Shown here piece after piece: positions 1 to 10,136 of a DNA stretch of 64,000 nt (position 1 is its first letter; the number at the start of each line of letters is the position of its first letter). Origin of the DNA: an uncultured Klebsiella sp. (lineage in GTDB: Bacteria > Pseudomonadota > Gammaproteobacteria > Pseudomonadales > Pseudohongiellaceae); the NCBI GenBank assembly GCA_964538025.1, contig CAZICZ010000011.1:41669-105668 (forward strand). The letters are read 5' to 3'. Under the pieces are notes generated by a model. That model was not told the DNA's origin, made no database searches, and worked only from the letters and a program-made list of their open reading frames with translations. A program made the translations under genes and the position numbers.

Positions 1-398
1 ATGAAGCAGGGCAGGCCCTCCTGGGTGAGCAGGACTTCAGCGCCTTTCGTGCGGCAGGATGTCAATCTCGCACGCCTTATCGAAACCTCATGCACTTGAG
101 TGTCTGCCGGCACCATCGTTATATCGTGGTCGATATTCAGGCAAACGCATTTCTGCTGCACATGGTGCGCAATATCGTGGGCACCTTGATGGAGATCGGA
201 GCAGGCCATCAACCGATCGAGTGGGCAGGGGACTTGTTGCACCGGCGCGACAGGCGGCTTGCCGCGATGACCGCATCCCCTCATGGGCTTTATCTGGTCC
301 GTGTGGAATATCCCCAGGAATTTGGCCTGCCAGCACTCCCGGTAGGCCCCTCTTTTTTGCAGCCATATGCGGAGGTATTGGGAAAGAATCTTTGCTAG
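1..398 (+). CDS. truA: tRNA pseudouridine synthase A, C-terminal part (5-prime end lies outside the window)
   Basis: Frame 3 is open from base 3. The translation ...[17 protein letters not shown]...[20 protein letters not shown] resembles the TruA C-terminal core. Stop at 398, and trpF follows. Confidence 0.85.
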   Translation, partial: EAGQALLGEQDFSAFRAAGCQSRTPYRNLMHLSVCRHHRYIVVDIQANAFLLHMVRNIVGTLMEIGAGHQPIEWAGDLLHRRDRRLAAMTASPHGLYLVRVEYPQEFGLPALPVGPSFLQPYAEVLGKNLC

Positions 399-435
399 AA
401 TCGCTGCCTTTTGCAGCAGGCTGTAAAGCACCGAT

Positions 436-1062
436 ATGCGCACCCGCGTCAAAATTTGTGGAATCACCCGACCCGAAGATGGTCTCCAGGCGGCAGCGCT
501 TGGTGCAGATGCTATTGGGCTGGTTTTTTACGAAAAAAGCTCCCGTGCCGTTTCCATCGATGAAGCTACGCAGATCCAACGCGCACTTCCTGCCTTTGTC
601 AGTGTTGTGGGGTTGTTTGTGAATCCAGAAGCCTCGCAGGTGCATCAAGTTTTGCAGCAGGTACATGTGGATTGTTTGCAATTCCACGGGGAGGAGACGC
701 CTGCGTTTTGCGAATCCTTCGGTTTGCCCTACATGAAGGCAATCCGTGTGAGGGAAGGGCTTGATATAAAACTTGAAATATCAAAATATTCAAAAGCTTG
801 CGCGATACTTCTCGATAGTTTTGATAAAAATTCTGCTGGGGGAACCGGGCTCCAGTTCGAGTGGAGTATCGCGCAAGAGATCGTTTTGGCTGGGTGTGAA
901 CGTATTGTCCTCGCGGGAGGTTTGTCCTCCGAAAACGTTGCCCGGGCAATCCGGCAAGTTCGCCCCTATGCTGTCGATGTCAGCAGCGGCGTCGAGTCTG
1001 CTCCGGGCTATAAAAGTCCAGAACGTTTAACAGCGTTTTTTCATGAGGTGAGAAGTGTCTGA
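436..1062 (+). CDS. trpF: phosphoribosylanthranilate isomerase
   Basis: 208-aa ORF beginning [16 protein letters not shown], a typical PRAI N-terminus. It overlaps trpB by 8 nt and sits in a trpF-trpB-trpA order. Confidence 0.93.
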   Translation: MRTRVKICGITRPEDGLQAAALGADAIGLVFYEKSSRAVSIDEATQIQRALPAFVSVVGLFVNPEASQVHQVLQQVHVDCLQFHGEETPAFCESFGLPYMKAIRVREGLDIKLEISKYSKACAILLDSFDKNSAGGTGLQFEWSIAQEIVLAGCERIVLAGGLSSENVARAIRQVRPYAVDVSSGVESAPGYKSPERLTAFFHEVRSV

Positions 1063-2302
1063 GATCAACCGTGTTGCAAATTGCGCTGAGGCAGACGTGA
1101 GCGCTGATCCTTTCAGCGGCCCTGACAGCCATGGCCACTTTGGTCGTTTCGGCGGCATTTTTGTAGGGGAAACTCTGATTGCGGCCGTGGAGGAGCTAGA
1201 CCGTGTGTACTCCCGCATGGCGAGCGACGCAGACTTTTGGGCTGAATTTGACCGGGACCTTAAATACTACGTGGGACGCCCCTCTCCTCTGTATGTCGCG
1301 GAGAGGCTCACTGCGCATTATGGCGGCGCCAAGATTGTCCTCAAGCGCGAGGACCTTAACCACACGGGTGCCCACAAGATCAATAACACCATCGGGCAGG
1401 CATTGCTCGCCAAGTACATGGGCAAGCCGCGGATCATTGCTGAGACCGGTGCAGGTCAGCACGGGGTGGCTAGCGCTACCATCGCGGCCAGGCTCGGTCT
1501 GGAATGCCACGTCTACATGGGCGCCGAAGACATCAAGCGACAGTCTGCAAACGTGTATCGCATGAAGTTGCTGGGGGCCAATGTGGTCTCCGTCGAATCC
1601 GGTTCTCGCACCCTGAAGGATGCCATGAACGAGGCCCTGCGTGATTGGGCAACGAATGTGGATAACACCTATTACATCATCGGTACTGCCGCGGGTCCGC
1701 ACCCATATCCCCGGCTTGTGCGTGATTTCCAGGCGGTGATTGGGCGTGAAGCCAGGGCACAGTCCCTTGAGCAGTTCGGTCGTCTCCCGGATGCCTTGGT
1801 GGCGTGTGTGGGGGGAGGCTCAAATGCCATTGGCCTGTTCCATCCCTTCCTGCACGACAAAGAAGTGGCGATGTACGGCGTCGAAGCGGGCGGTGACGGT
1901 CTCGAGACGGGGCGTCATGCGGCCCCCCTGAGTGCGGGGCGTCCCGGCGTCCTGCATGGCAACCGGACCTATCTGATGAGTGACGAGTCCGGGCAGATCC
2001 TCGAAACTCATTCCGTCTCCGCGGGTCTGGACTATCCGGGCGTGGGACCAGAACATGCGTGGCTGAAGGACCTCGGCCGTGTGCACTATGTTGCCGCGAC
2101 CGACAAAGAGGCACTGGCGGCATTCCGAGATCTGACACGCATGGAGGGGATCATCCCGGCCCTGGAGTCCAGTCATGCGGTCGCCTATGCCGGCAAATTG
2201 GCAGCGACTCTGAGATCCGACAAGATACTGGTCATCAATCTTTCGGGTCGGGGAGATAAGGATATTCACACCGTCGCCCAGATTGACGGCATCACGATCT
2301 AA
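1055..2302 (+). CDS. trpB: tryptophan synthase beta chain
   Basis: GTG start preceded by GAGGTG. Contains the PLP-lysine motif HTGAHKINN and GGGSNAIG. 415 aa. Confidence 0.97.
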   Translation: MSEINRVANCAEADVSADPFSGPDSHGHFGRFGGIFVGETLIAAVEELDRVYSRMASDADFWAEFDRDLKYYVGRPSPLYVAERLTAHYGGAKIVLKREDLNHTGAHKINNTIGQALLAKYMGKPRIIAETGAGQHGVASATIAARLGLECHVYMGAEDIKRQSANVYRMKLLGANVVSVESGSRTLKDAMNEALRDWATNVDNTYYIIGTAAGPHPYPRLVRDFQAVIGREARAQSLEQFGRLPDALVACVGGGSNAIGLFHPFLHDKEVAMYGVEAGGDGLETGRHAAPLSAGRPGVLHGNRTYLMSDESGQILETHSVSAGLDYPGVGPEHAWLKDLGRVHYVAATDKEALAAFRDLTRMEGIIPALESSHAVAYAGKLAATLRSDKILVINLSGRGDKDIHTVAQIDGITI

Positions 2303-2323
2303 ACGTTGAGCGAGCAGAGGGTT

Positions 2324-3142
2324 ATGAGTCGCATCAGTCAAACGATTGGCCGCCGACAGGCGGAAGGCAAGAAAGTGCTGGTCCCTTACGTGGTTGCCGG
2401 AGATCCGGACATTCATGTCACGGTGCAGATCATGCACGCGCTCGTGGCCAAGGGTGCCGATATCATTGAGCTGGGCATTCCGTTCAGCGACCCGTCCTCA
2501 GATGGCCCCGTCATTCAGTTGGGCGCAGAGCGCGCCCTGAAAGCCGGAACCCGCTTGGTGGATGTCTTCGCGATTGTCCGAAGCTTCCGTGAAGTGAACC
2601 AGGACACTCCTGTCGTGTTGATGGGGTATCTTAATCCGCTCGAAAGTATTGGTTACGAAGCGTTTGCCGCGCATGCTGCTGAGGCAGGCGTGGATGGCCT
2701 GCTGATCGTGGACATGCCGGCCTACGAAAGCGAAGCGTTTCTGGCGGCTGTTCGGCCCCGCGGACTCGACACCATTTTCCTGGTGGCGCCTACTACCAGC
2801 GACAATCGACTCGCATCCATCATTGCTCACACGACCGGCTATCTGTATTACGTTTCCCTGAAGGGAGTGACAGGCGCAGCCATTACCGACAAGCAGGATA
2901 TTCGGGCTAAAATTGTACATCTGCGCAGCCTGACCTCACTGCCCATTGTCGTGGGTTTTGGCATTAAAGATGCGAGCTCCGCCTGCGAAATGGCGGCAAT
3001 CAGTGACGGTGTTATAGTAGGCAGTGCGTTGGTGGACAAGATTGCAGGCCTGTCGGGGTCAGCGTCGCGCACGTCAGAGGCGATTACGCACAGTGTCCAG
3101 CTTATCGGCGATATCCGTCTCGCATTGGACACCCAGAAATAG
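2324..3142 (+). CDS. trpA: tryptophan synthase alpha chain
   Basis: The ORF track starts at TTG 2306. I prefer ATG 2324 (MSRISQ...VPYVVAGDP) because it gives a typical TrpA N-terminal length. It lies immediately after trpB. Confidence 0.93.
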   Translation: MSRISQTIGRRQAEGKKVLVPYVVAGDPDIHVTVQIMHALVAKGADIIELGIPFSDPSSDGPVIQLGAERALKAGTRLVDVFAIVRSFREVNQDTPVVLMGYLNPLESIGYEAFAAHAAEAGVDGLLIVDMPAYESEAFLAAVRPRGLDTIFLVAPTTSDNRLASIIAHTTGYLYYVSLKGVTGAAITDKQDIRAKIVHLRSLTSLPIVVGFGIKDASSACEMAAISDGVIVGSALVDKIAGLSGSASRTSEAITHSVQLIGDIRLALDTQK

Positions 3143-3186
3143 TCATTTAAAAGTAATAAATTCAACAGCTTTTACGGGATTACTTT

Positions 3187-4053
3187 ATGAGTTGGATTAA
3201 CAAAATCCTCCCCTCCATTCGCAGCAACAATGCCGATGGCAGTACTGCCAAGCCGCGCACCAGCGTTCCCGAGGGGCTGTGGAAAAAATGCCCCCGATGC
3301 GAAGCTGTCCTGTATCGACCTGATCTTGAGCGCAATCTTGAGGTCTGCCCGAAGTGTGACCATCACCTGCGTATCACGGCACGCCGCCGCCTCGAACTGT
3401 TTTTGGACCCTGAAGGGCAGGTGGAATTGTTTGCCGACATGGAGCCTGTCGACATCCTCAAGTTCAAGGATTTGAAAAAATACAAAGATCGCTTGTCTGC
3501 GGCGCAAAAGAGCACCGGAGAGAAAGATGCCCTTATTGTGGTGCAAGGGGCTGTGAATGAGGTTGAAATGGTCGTGGCCGCATTCGAATTCGGTTTCATC
3601 GGTGGGTCCATGGGCGCCGTTGTGGGTGAAAAATTCACTCAGGCGACCAATGTCTGTATCGAAAAGCGCCTTCCCTTTGTTTGTTTCTCCACCAGTGGCG
3701 GCGCGCGAATGCAGGAAGCACTGATTTCACTCATGCAAATGGCGAAAACCTCCGCGGCGCTGGCACGTATGCGCGAGCACGGTCTGCCCTTTATTTCTGT
3801 TCTGGTTGATCCCGTGTACGGTGGCGTTTCCGCCAGTCTTGCCATGCTGGGAGATATCAATATTGCCGAACCGAATGCGCTGGTCGGATTTACCGGCCCG
3901 GATGTGATTCGACAGACTGTGCGCGTCAAGTTGCCGGAAGGGTTTCAACGCAGCGAGTTCCTTCTGGAGCATGGTGCGATTGATATGATTGTGCATCGCA
4001 AAGAAATGCGCGACCGCGTGTCTTCACTTCTGTCCAAGCTCCTGCATCTCTAA
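3187..4053 (+). CDS. accD: acetyl-CoA carboxylase carboxyltransferase beta subunit
   Basis: N-terminal Cys4 zinc finger (CPRC...CPKC) followed by a carboxyltransferase domain. 288 aa. Confidence 0.96.
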   Translation: MSWINKILPSIRSNNADGSTAKPRTSVPEGLWKKCPRCEAVLYRPDLERNLEVCPKCDHHLRITARRRLELFLDPEGQVELFADMEPVDILKFKDLKKYKDRLSAAQKSTGEKDALIVVQGAVNEVEMVVAAFEFGFIGGSMGAVVGEKFTQATNVCIEKRLPFVCFSTSGGARMQEALISLMQMAKTSAALARMREHGLPFISVLVDPVYGGVSASLAMLGDINIAEPNALVGFTGPDVIRQTVRVKLPEGFQRSEFLLEHGAIDMIVHRKEMRDRVSSLLSKLLHL

Positions 4054-4117
4054 GTAGTCTTGTTTTCTCCGGAGTATTAAATCTCCTTTTAAAACAAGAT
4101 GATGGCGGAGTTAATTA

Positions 4118-5416
4118 ATGAATCTTTCAGCTTGGCTGGAGCGCATTCAGGCCGTTCATCCCACCGAAATCGAGCTTGGTCTTGACCGTGTGCGGGAGGT
4201 GGCGCTGCGCATGGGGCTGGTTCGGCCTGCTCCCTATGTCGTGACGGTGGCGGGTACCAATGGCAAGGGCTCTACCGTGGCCATGCTCGCCTCAATCTGT
4301 CACGCTGCCGGGTACCGGGTGGGAACCTATACCTCTCCTCATATCCTTCGCTACAACGAACGCATCAGAATCCTGGAAACCGAAGTGACAGATGAGGCTC
4401 TGTGCGAAAGCTTCGCGCGGATTGATGCCGCACGGGGAGAACTGTCTCTCTCGTACTTCGAATTCAGTACCCTCGCAGGTTTGTTGCTGCTCGAGGAGGC
4501 AGCACTCGATATTGCCGTTCTCGAGGTGGGACTTGGCGGGCGCCTGGATGCCGTGAATATTGTGGATGCTGACCTTGCCATCGTGACAAGCATCGGGCTC
4601 GATCATACCGATTGGCTCGGAGATACCCGCGAACTGATCGGATATGAGAAAGCAGGCATCTTCCGTCCTGGAAAGCCGGTGCTCTGCGGTGATGTCGACC
4701 CTCCCGCCAGTCTGTTGGCTCATGCCGCGTCGCTAAGGGCGCCAGTGCAGACTCTGGGGCGTGACTACGGGTTCAGCACATCAGGAGACACCTGGAGCTG
4801 GTGGATGCGCAAATCGTCGGGCGAAGAGATCGAACTGGATCGTCTTCCCCATCCTGGCCTGGATCTCTCGAATGCTGCGACGGTAATCGCTGCCTTGCAG
4901 ACTCTTCCGCGACCGCTACCACGGGATGCTCTGGAGCAGGGCTTGCGACATCCCGGGATCCTAGGCCGTTTTCAATCTCTGCTGGATCTCACGACCGGAA
5001 ACTCTGTGATAGTGGACGTGGCGCATAACGGGCATGCCGCTGCCGTGCTGGCCCAGAAGCTGCGCACGTTAAAAGAACAGGGCGGGCAGGGCTGCGCCGT
5101 GAGGGTTATTTTGGCGATGATGAAAGACAAAGATCACATCGCATTTCACGCCGCCTTAGAATCTGAAGTCGACTTTTGGTATATTGCCGCATTCGCGCAA
5201 GCACGCTGTATGGATGCGGTCTCTCTCGCGGACATTCTTCGCCTTCGGGGAGCACAGGTGCGCGGGGTTTATACATCGGTGCATGAGGCTTACCAGGGGC
5301 TTTGCAGCGACGTAAAAGCCGGAGATGTCATCCTGGCGACAGGATCCTTCGGCACGGTGGCAGACATGATGCACACCCTTGCGGAAAGTTCTGCAGGTCA
5401 GGAAGGCGAGTCCTAG
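4118..5416 (+). CDS. folC: dihydrofolate synthase / folylpolyglutamate synthase
   Basis: Mur-ligase type P-loop GTNGKGS. Conserved accD-folC synteny. 432 aa. Confidence 0.93.
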   Translation: MNLSAWLERIQAVHPTEIELGLDRVREVALRMGLVRPAPYVVTVAGTNGKGSTVAMLASICHAAGYRVGTYTSPHILRYNERIRILETEVTDEALCESFARIDAARGELSLSYFEFSTLAGLLLLEEAALDIAVLEVGLGGRLDAVNIVDADLAIVTSIGLDHTDWLGDTRELIGYEKAGIFRPGKPVLCGDVDPPASLLAHAASLRAPVQTLGRDYGFSTSGDTWSWWMRKSSGEEIELDRLPHPGLDLSNAATVIAALQTLPRPLPRDALEQGLRHPGILGRFQSLLDLTTGNSVIVDVAHNGHAAAVLAQKLRTLKEQGGQGCAVRVILAMMKDKDHIAFHAALESEVDFWYIAAFAQARCMDAVSLADILRLRGAQVRGVYTSVHEAYQGLCSDVKAGDVILATGSFGTVADMMHTLAESSAGQEGES

Positions 5417-5462
5417 CACATGAATCACACCGCAGCAGTCATCCAATAGAGGCAACACTCGT

Positions 5463-6077
5463 TTGAACCAAAGTACGAAACAACGAGTCGTGGGTATTGC
5501 GGTGATCCTCATCGCCTCCGCTGTCATTTTGCCCGCCGTGTTTGACGGGCAGGGCAGTTATCCTCTTCCGCTCGAATCCCGTATTCCCGAACCTCAACCT
5601 TTTCCGGCACCCGTGCGCTCACTGCCGGAAAGACCCGTCATTACCGCTGACACCGATCAGATTCGACGCGAACCCAGTCCGGCACCGCAGCCATCGACGA
5701 CAGAACAAGTGCCCGCGGATGACACGCCGGCTGACGTTGTCCCCGTCACCGCAGATCCCATAACGACGTCGCCAGTACCGATTGTCAGCTCTATCGCGCA
5801 GTCCCCCACGCTCGATGCGCAAGGATTACCGCAGGGATGGAGTGTTCGCCTTGCTTCTTTCTCCAGCCAAGCCAATGCACTGAGCCTGCTCGAGCGCCTG
5901 CAAAGCAGAGGACATCGCGCCTATCTGCGCGAAATTAGCTCCTCCCAGGGCCCGCTGATCGCCGTGTTTGTAGGTCCGGGCGTCGACCGGGCGGAAGTGC
6001 AGCGTTTACAGCAGCAGCTTCAGGATGAATTTCAACTGGCGGGCATAGTGGTGCGCTACGAGATAGAGGCGCTGTAA
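5463..6077 (+). CDS. dedD: SPOR-domain cell-division protein (DedD-like)
   Basis: TTG start, one N-terminal TM helix (VVGIAVILIASAVILPAVF), a Pro-rich linker and a C-terminal SPOR-like domain (GWSVRLASFSSQANA...). It occupies the folC-dedD-cvpA position. Confidence 0.75.
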   Translation: MNQSTKQRVVGIAVILIASAVILPAVFDGQGSYPLPLESRIPEPQPFPAPVRSLPERPVITADTDQIRREPSPAPQPSTTEQVPADDTPADVVPVTADPITTSPVPIVSSIAQSPTLDAQGLPQGWSVRLASFSSQANALSLLERLQSRGHRAYLREISSSQGPLIAVFVGPGVDRAEVQRLQQQLQDEFQLAGIVVRYEIEAL

Positions 6078-6114
6078 GAATCCATGATGAACAGGATGTG
6101 CAGAGAGGGCGCAT

Positions 6115-6624
6115 ATGCAGCTTGATGGCGTTGATGTCGTCATACTCATCGTGACAGGCATTTCCTGTCTGTTTGGTCTGTGGCGGGGATTCGTCCGGGA
6201 AGTCCTTTCCCTCGTGGCGTGGGTCGCTGCCCTGATCGTTGCCCGGGTCTACAGCGACGCTTTCGGCCCTCTGTTGGGAAGTTGGATAGTTAGCGAAACC
6301 ATGCAACGGGTTTTCGCCTTTGCAGTGTTGTTTATCGCTACCCTCTTGGTCGGTGCGCTTGTCAATCATCTGGTGGCAAAGCTGATTGATCTCAGCGGGC
6401 TGAAATTAACCGACCGCTTGCTTGGCGGAATATTCGGGATTGCCCGTGGCGTCGTGATTTTGATGGTATTTCTGTATTTCGGGGCGGGGTTTTTTGCCTC
6501 CGAACCCTGGTGGACACAGTCTCGGTTCATTCCCTACGGGATGGACCTGCTGGAGTTGACCCGTGTGTACGTGTCCGTTCCGGATGTAGGGGTAGTACCG
6601 GAAGAAAACGTTTCTCCGCTGTGA
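6115..6624 (+). CDS. cvpA: colicin V production membrane protein CvpA
   Basis: 169-aa protein with four TM helices, located directly upstream of purF as in enterobacteria. Confidence 0.88.
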   Translation: MQLDGVDVVILIVTGISCLFGLWRGFVREVLSLVAWVAALIVARVYSDAFGPLLGSWIVSETMQRVFAFAVLFIATLLVGALVNHLVAKLIDLSGLKLTDRLLGGIFGIARGVVILMVFLYFGAGFFASEPWWTQSRFIPYGMDLLELTRVYVSVPDVGVVPEENVSPL

Positions 6625-6676
6625 TCTTCGCAGCAGGAAACGCCGAGTTGTCTCAATCCAATGTGGAGTGTGCTGA

Positions 6677-8191
6677 ATGTGCGGTTTAGTCGGTGTCGTT
6701 GGCAAATCAGATGTTGCTGTTTGTTTGTATGACACATTAACAGTCTTGCAACACCGTGGTCAGGATGCCGCCGGCATAGCGACCAGTGACAATGGCAAGC
6801 TGAATCTGCGGAAAGACAACGGTCTCGTGAAGGACGTCTTCCGCACCCGGCACATGGAGCGATTGGCAGGGAAAATGGGAATCGGGCATGTTCGTTATCC
6901 CACAGCGGGGAGCTCGAGCCCGGCGCTTGCACAGCCTTTCTATGTGAATTCACCGTATGGCCTGAGCCTTGCGCATAACGGCAATCTCACCAACTCTCTG
7001 GAGCTGAGCCACGACCTCTACAAGGAGGATCTGCGGCACATCAATACCGATTCGGATTCTGAAGTCCTGCTCAACGTCTTTGCCCATGAATTGCAGATGC
7101 TGGCGAAAATGCAGCCCTCCGCGGAGGATGTGTTCACGGCAGTGCGCGGTGTGCATCGTCGCTGCAAGGGCGGATACGCTGCACTGGTCATGCTGGGAGG
7201 ATACGGCATCGTTGGATTCCGTGACCGTAACGGCATTCGTCCTCTGGTGTTCGGCAAGCGGGAAGTGGACGGCTTCACCGAGTATATGATGGCCTCCGAA
7301 AGCGTGGCGCTGGATTCGCAGGGATTTACCCTGATTCGGGATGTTGCGCCTGGCGAAGCGGTCTATGTCGATGTAAAGGGGCAGTTGCATACCCGTGTCT
7401 GCGCCGGGCCGGCGGAATATACGCCCTGTATTTTTGAGCATGTTTATTTTGCGCGCCCCGACTCCCTGATGGACGGTATTTCCGTGTACAAAGCGCGTCT
7501 GCGCATGGGGGAGAAGCTGGCAGACAAAGTCAAACGTCTGCGCCCGGATCACGACATCGACGTCGTGATCCCGATCCCGGACACATCGCGCACCTCCGCG
7601 CTGGAGCTTGCCAATCGACTGGGCGTCAAATACCGAGAAGGTTTTGTGAAGAATCGCTATATCGGCCGAACGTTCATCATGCCGGGGCAAAGCCAGCGCA
7701 AAAAGTCGGTACGTCAGAAGCTCAATGCGATTGAGCTGGAGTTCCGCGGCAAAAACGTGCTGCTGGTTGATGATTCCATTGTCCGGGGTACGACGTGCCG
7801 GCAGATCATTCAGATGGCGAGGGATGCGGGAGCGAAGAAAGTCTATTTTGCGTCTGCGGCCCCGGCTGTGCGTTATCCCAATGTCTACGGCATCGACATG
7901 CCCGCGGCGTCCGAATTGATTGCGCATGGACGAACCGATCAGGAAGTGCAGGAGCTCATCGGTGCCGATTGGCTGATATTCCAGGATTTGAGCGACCTGA
8001 TCGCGGCTTCCTCCGAAGGCAATCCGGACATCACCCGTTTTGAGTGTTCGGTATTCGACGGGCGCTACATCACAGGCGATGTCGATGAAAAATATCTTAA
8101 ACGGCTTGAAGATTGTCGCAACGATGCCGCTAAAAGTGTGAGCAAGAAGACAAACGACAAACCGCTGAAAGCCGTGGGCAGTAACGGATAA
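6677..8191 (+). CDS. purF: amidophosphoribosyltransferase
   Basis: N-terminal MCG nucleophile (class II glutamine amidotransferase) and PRPP motif [13 protein letters not shown]. 504 aa. Confidence 0.97.
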   Translation: MCGLVGVVGKSDVAVCLYDTLTVLQHRGQDAAGIATSDNGKLNLRKDNGLVKDVFRTRHMERLAGKMGIGHVRYPTAGSSSPALAQPFYVNSPYGLSLAHNGNLTNSLELSHDLYKEDLRHINTDSDSEVLLNVFAHELQMLAKMQPSAEDVFTAVRGVHRRCKGGYAALVMLGGYGIVGFRDRNGIRPLVFGKREVDGFTEYMMASESVALDSQGFTLIRDVAPGEAVYVDVKGQLHTRVCAGPAEYTPCIFEHVYFARPDSLMDGISVYKARLRMGEKLADKVKRLRPDHDIDVVIPIPDTSRTSALELANRLGVKYREGFVKNRYIGRTFIMPGQSQRKKSVRQKLNAIELEFRGKNVLLVDDSIVRGTTCRQIIQMARDAGAKKVYFASAAPAVRYPNVYGIDMPAASELIAHGRTDQEVQELIGADWLIFQDLSDLIAASSEGNPDITRFECSVFDGRYITGDVDEKYLKRLEDCRNDAAKSVSKKTNDKPLKAVGSNG

Positions 8192-8235
8192 GCATTTTTT
8201 ACACCGACGCCGTTTGGCTACCCGAAAGGAGCACT

Positions 8236-9153
8236 ATGCAAGACAGGATTCAGGCAGCGGTTGACGAAGTCAGTCGCGTGCTTCTGGGCAAGGAAAGGCA
8301 GATTCGTCTGGCCTTGTGCTGTCTGCTTTCTGGTGGGCATCTGCTGCTGGAAGACCTTCCCGGCATGGGTAAAACGACCTTGGCCCATGCACTGGCGCGC
8401 GTGTTTGGCCTCGAATTCAACCGCATTCAGTTTACGAGCGATTTGTTGCCAGCGGACATTCTCGGGGTTTCCATCTTCGATCAGGCGAATGCCAGCTTCA
8501 ACTTTCACGCGGGCCCTATTTTTCGACAGTTGATTCTGGCCGACGAAATCAATCGGGCGACACCCAAGACCCAAAGCGCGCTGCTGGAGGCGATGGAAGA
8601 GGGGCAGGTGTCGGTGGAAGGGGAAACCCGCATCTTGCCGTCGCCGTTCTTTGTCATCGCCACTCAGAATCCGGTCACCCTGGCAGGCACGTTTCCTTTG
8701 CCTGAATCGCAGCTGGACCGGTTTCTCATGCGTATCGGCATCGGGTATCCGGACCCGCAGGCGGAACGGGAGCTGTTGCTGCGCGGCACAGACAGCGACC
8801 GGGGGGCTTCTGTGACCACCATTCTCTCTGTCGATGATCTCGTGACGATGCGCAAGGCTGCCCATGAGGTCAGTCTCAGCCCGCTTCTGCTGGATTATGT
8901 CCAGCGGCTGATCGCTCACACCCGCACGCACGAGGACTACCACTTCGGCCTGTCTCCCCGAGGCAGCATTGCCGTTGTGCGCGCGGCAAGAACCTGGGCC
9001 TTCATGGAAGGCCGCAGCCATGCCGTGCCGGAGGATGTTCAGACGATCCTGCCCGCCGTCGTAGAGCACAGGCTGCGTGCCTCGAGTGACAGTGATGGAC
9101 GAACAGGGAGCGCTCTTGTGCATCGTCTACTTCGCGACGTGGATGTTTTCTGA
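8236..9153 (+). CDS. MoxR-family AAA+ ATPase (copy 1)
   Basis: Walker A LPGMGKTT and Walker B ILADEINRA. Length and architecture are typical of MoxR (AAA_3). Confidence 0.9.
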   Translation: MQDRIQAAVDEVSRVLLGKERQIRLALCCLLSGGHLLLEDLPGMGKTTLAHALARVFGLEFNRIQFTSDLLPADILGVSIFDQANASFNFHAGPIFRQLILADEINRATPKTQSALLEAMEEGQVSVEGETRILPSPFFVIATQNPVTLAGTFPLPESQLDRFLMRIGIGYPDPQAERELLLRGTDSDRGASVTTILSVDDLVTMRKAAHEVSLSPLLLDYVQRLIAHTRTHEDYHFGLSPRGSIAVVRAARTWAFMEGRSHAVPEDVQTILPAVVEHRLRASSDSDGRTGSALVHRLLRDVDVF

Positions 9154-9161
9154 ATGACGCC

Positions 9162-10136
9162 ATGAGCCTGCATACAATGGTCAGACCCTGGTTTTCAGCA
9201 CGCATGGTCCGATGGCTCGACAGGCGGCTGCCTCCTGTCAGTGAAGTCAGTCTGAATCGCAAGAATATCTTTATCCTGCCCACCCGTTCCGGGTTCCTTT
9301 TCCTCGCCGCCACCACGCTGATTTTTGTCACGGCGATTAACTATGTGCTGAGCCTTGCGTTTGGAATGGCCTTTTTGATGACCAGTCTGTTTATCCTGTG
9401 CATCTTCCACACCTTTCGCAATTTGCAGCACCTGACGCTAATTGGCGTGGGGGCAGAGCCTGTTTTCGCAGGACAAGATGCCGCCTTTGTGGTCGCGCTG
9501 CAGGGGGAGGACAGGCATGCCCATGAATTGCTCGAACTGCGCTTTCCAAAGGCGGCATGGACCGTTGGCGAGGTCATGGCGGGCTCCAGCACCCGAGTGA
9601 AGGTGTTCCTGCCGAGTACCCGCCGCGGCCCCTTGCGCGCTCCGCGCTTGCAGGTCCAGACGCGCTTTCCGTTGGGTCTGTGGCGGGCCTTTTCCAACGT
9701 CGATCTCGACATGAGTACCCTGGTCTATCCGGCACCACTTGCCTGTGAGTTGCCGTCTCACGTGGCGGGCGCTGTGTCGGGCAAAGCCGACAGTCTCACG
9801 GCCGGTGTAGAGGATTTTCATGGCATACGCGCCTACCAGCAGGGAGACTCCCTCAAGCAGATCGCCTGGAAAAACCTTGCACGCGGTCAAGCGCTGGCTG
9901 TGAAGCAATTTGTCGATCTGGTGGATGAACAGCTGATGCTCGACTGGGACATGTTTGCGGGCATTGAACAGGAAGAACGGCTGTCGCGTCTGTGCTATTG
10001 GGTGCTGCAATTGTCACGGCAGCAGATTGCTTTTGGTGTGCGCCTGCCGGGAGTGTCGATTCCCCTGGGGCAAGGGGATGCTCATCGCCACCGCGTCCTG
10101 ACGGCTCTGGCCCTTTGGCAAACAGGGGAGGCCTGA
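9162..10136 (+). CDS. DUF58-family protein (VWA-like partner of MoxR), membrane anchored
   Basis: Two N-terminal TM helices and the DUF58 signature DFHGIRAYQQGDSLKQIAWK. It starts 8 nt after the MoxR gene. Confidence 0.8.
   Translation: MSLHTMVRPWFSARMVRWLDRRLPPVSEVSLNRKNIFILPTRSGFLFLAATTLIFVTAINYVLSLAFGMAFLMTSLFILCIFHTFRNLQHLTLIGVGAEPVFAGQDAAFVVALQGEDRHAHELLELRFPKAAWTVGEVMAGSSTRVKVFLPSTRRGPLRAPRLQVQTRFPLGLWRAFSNVDLDMSTLVYPAPLACELPSHVAGAVSGKADSLTAGVEDFHGIRAYQQGDSLKQIAWKNLARGQALAVKQFVDLVDEQLMLDWDMFAGIEQEERLSRLCYWVLQLSRQQIAFGVRLPGVSIPLGQGDAHRHRVLTALALWQTGEA

Noticed and set aside
9992-10135. N-terminal extension of the transglutaminase ORF (track start 9992). Similar extensions occur for the tatD (to 22450), EAL-HDOD (to 23579), nagZ (28312), lolC (41510), lolE (43514), etfB (35323) and ptp (52220) ORFs.
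   Set aside because: The extensions overlap the preceding gene or lack an RBS. Internal starts restore canonical N-termini (for example [15 protein letters not shown] and [12 protein letters not shown]) and typical stop/start coupling.
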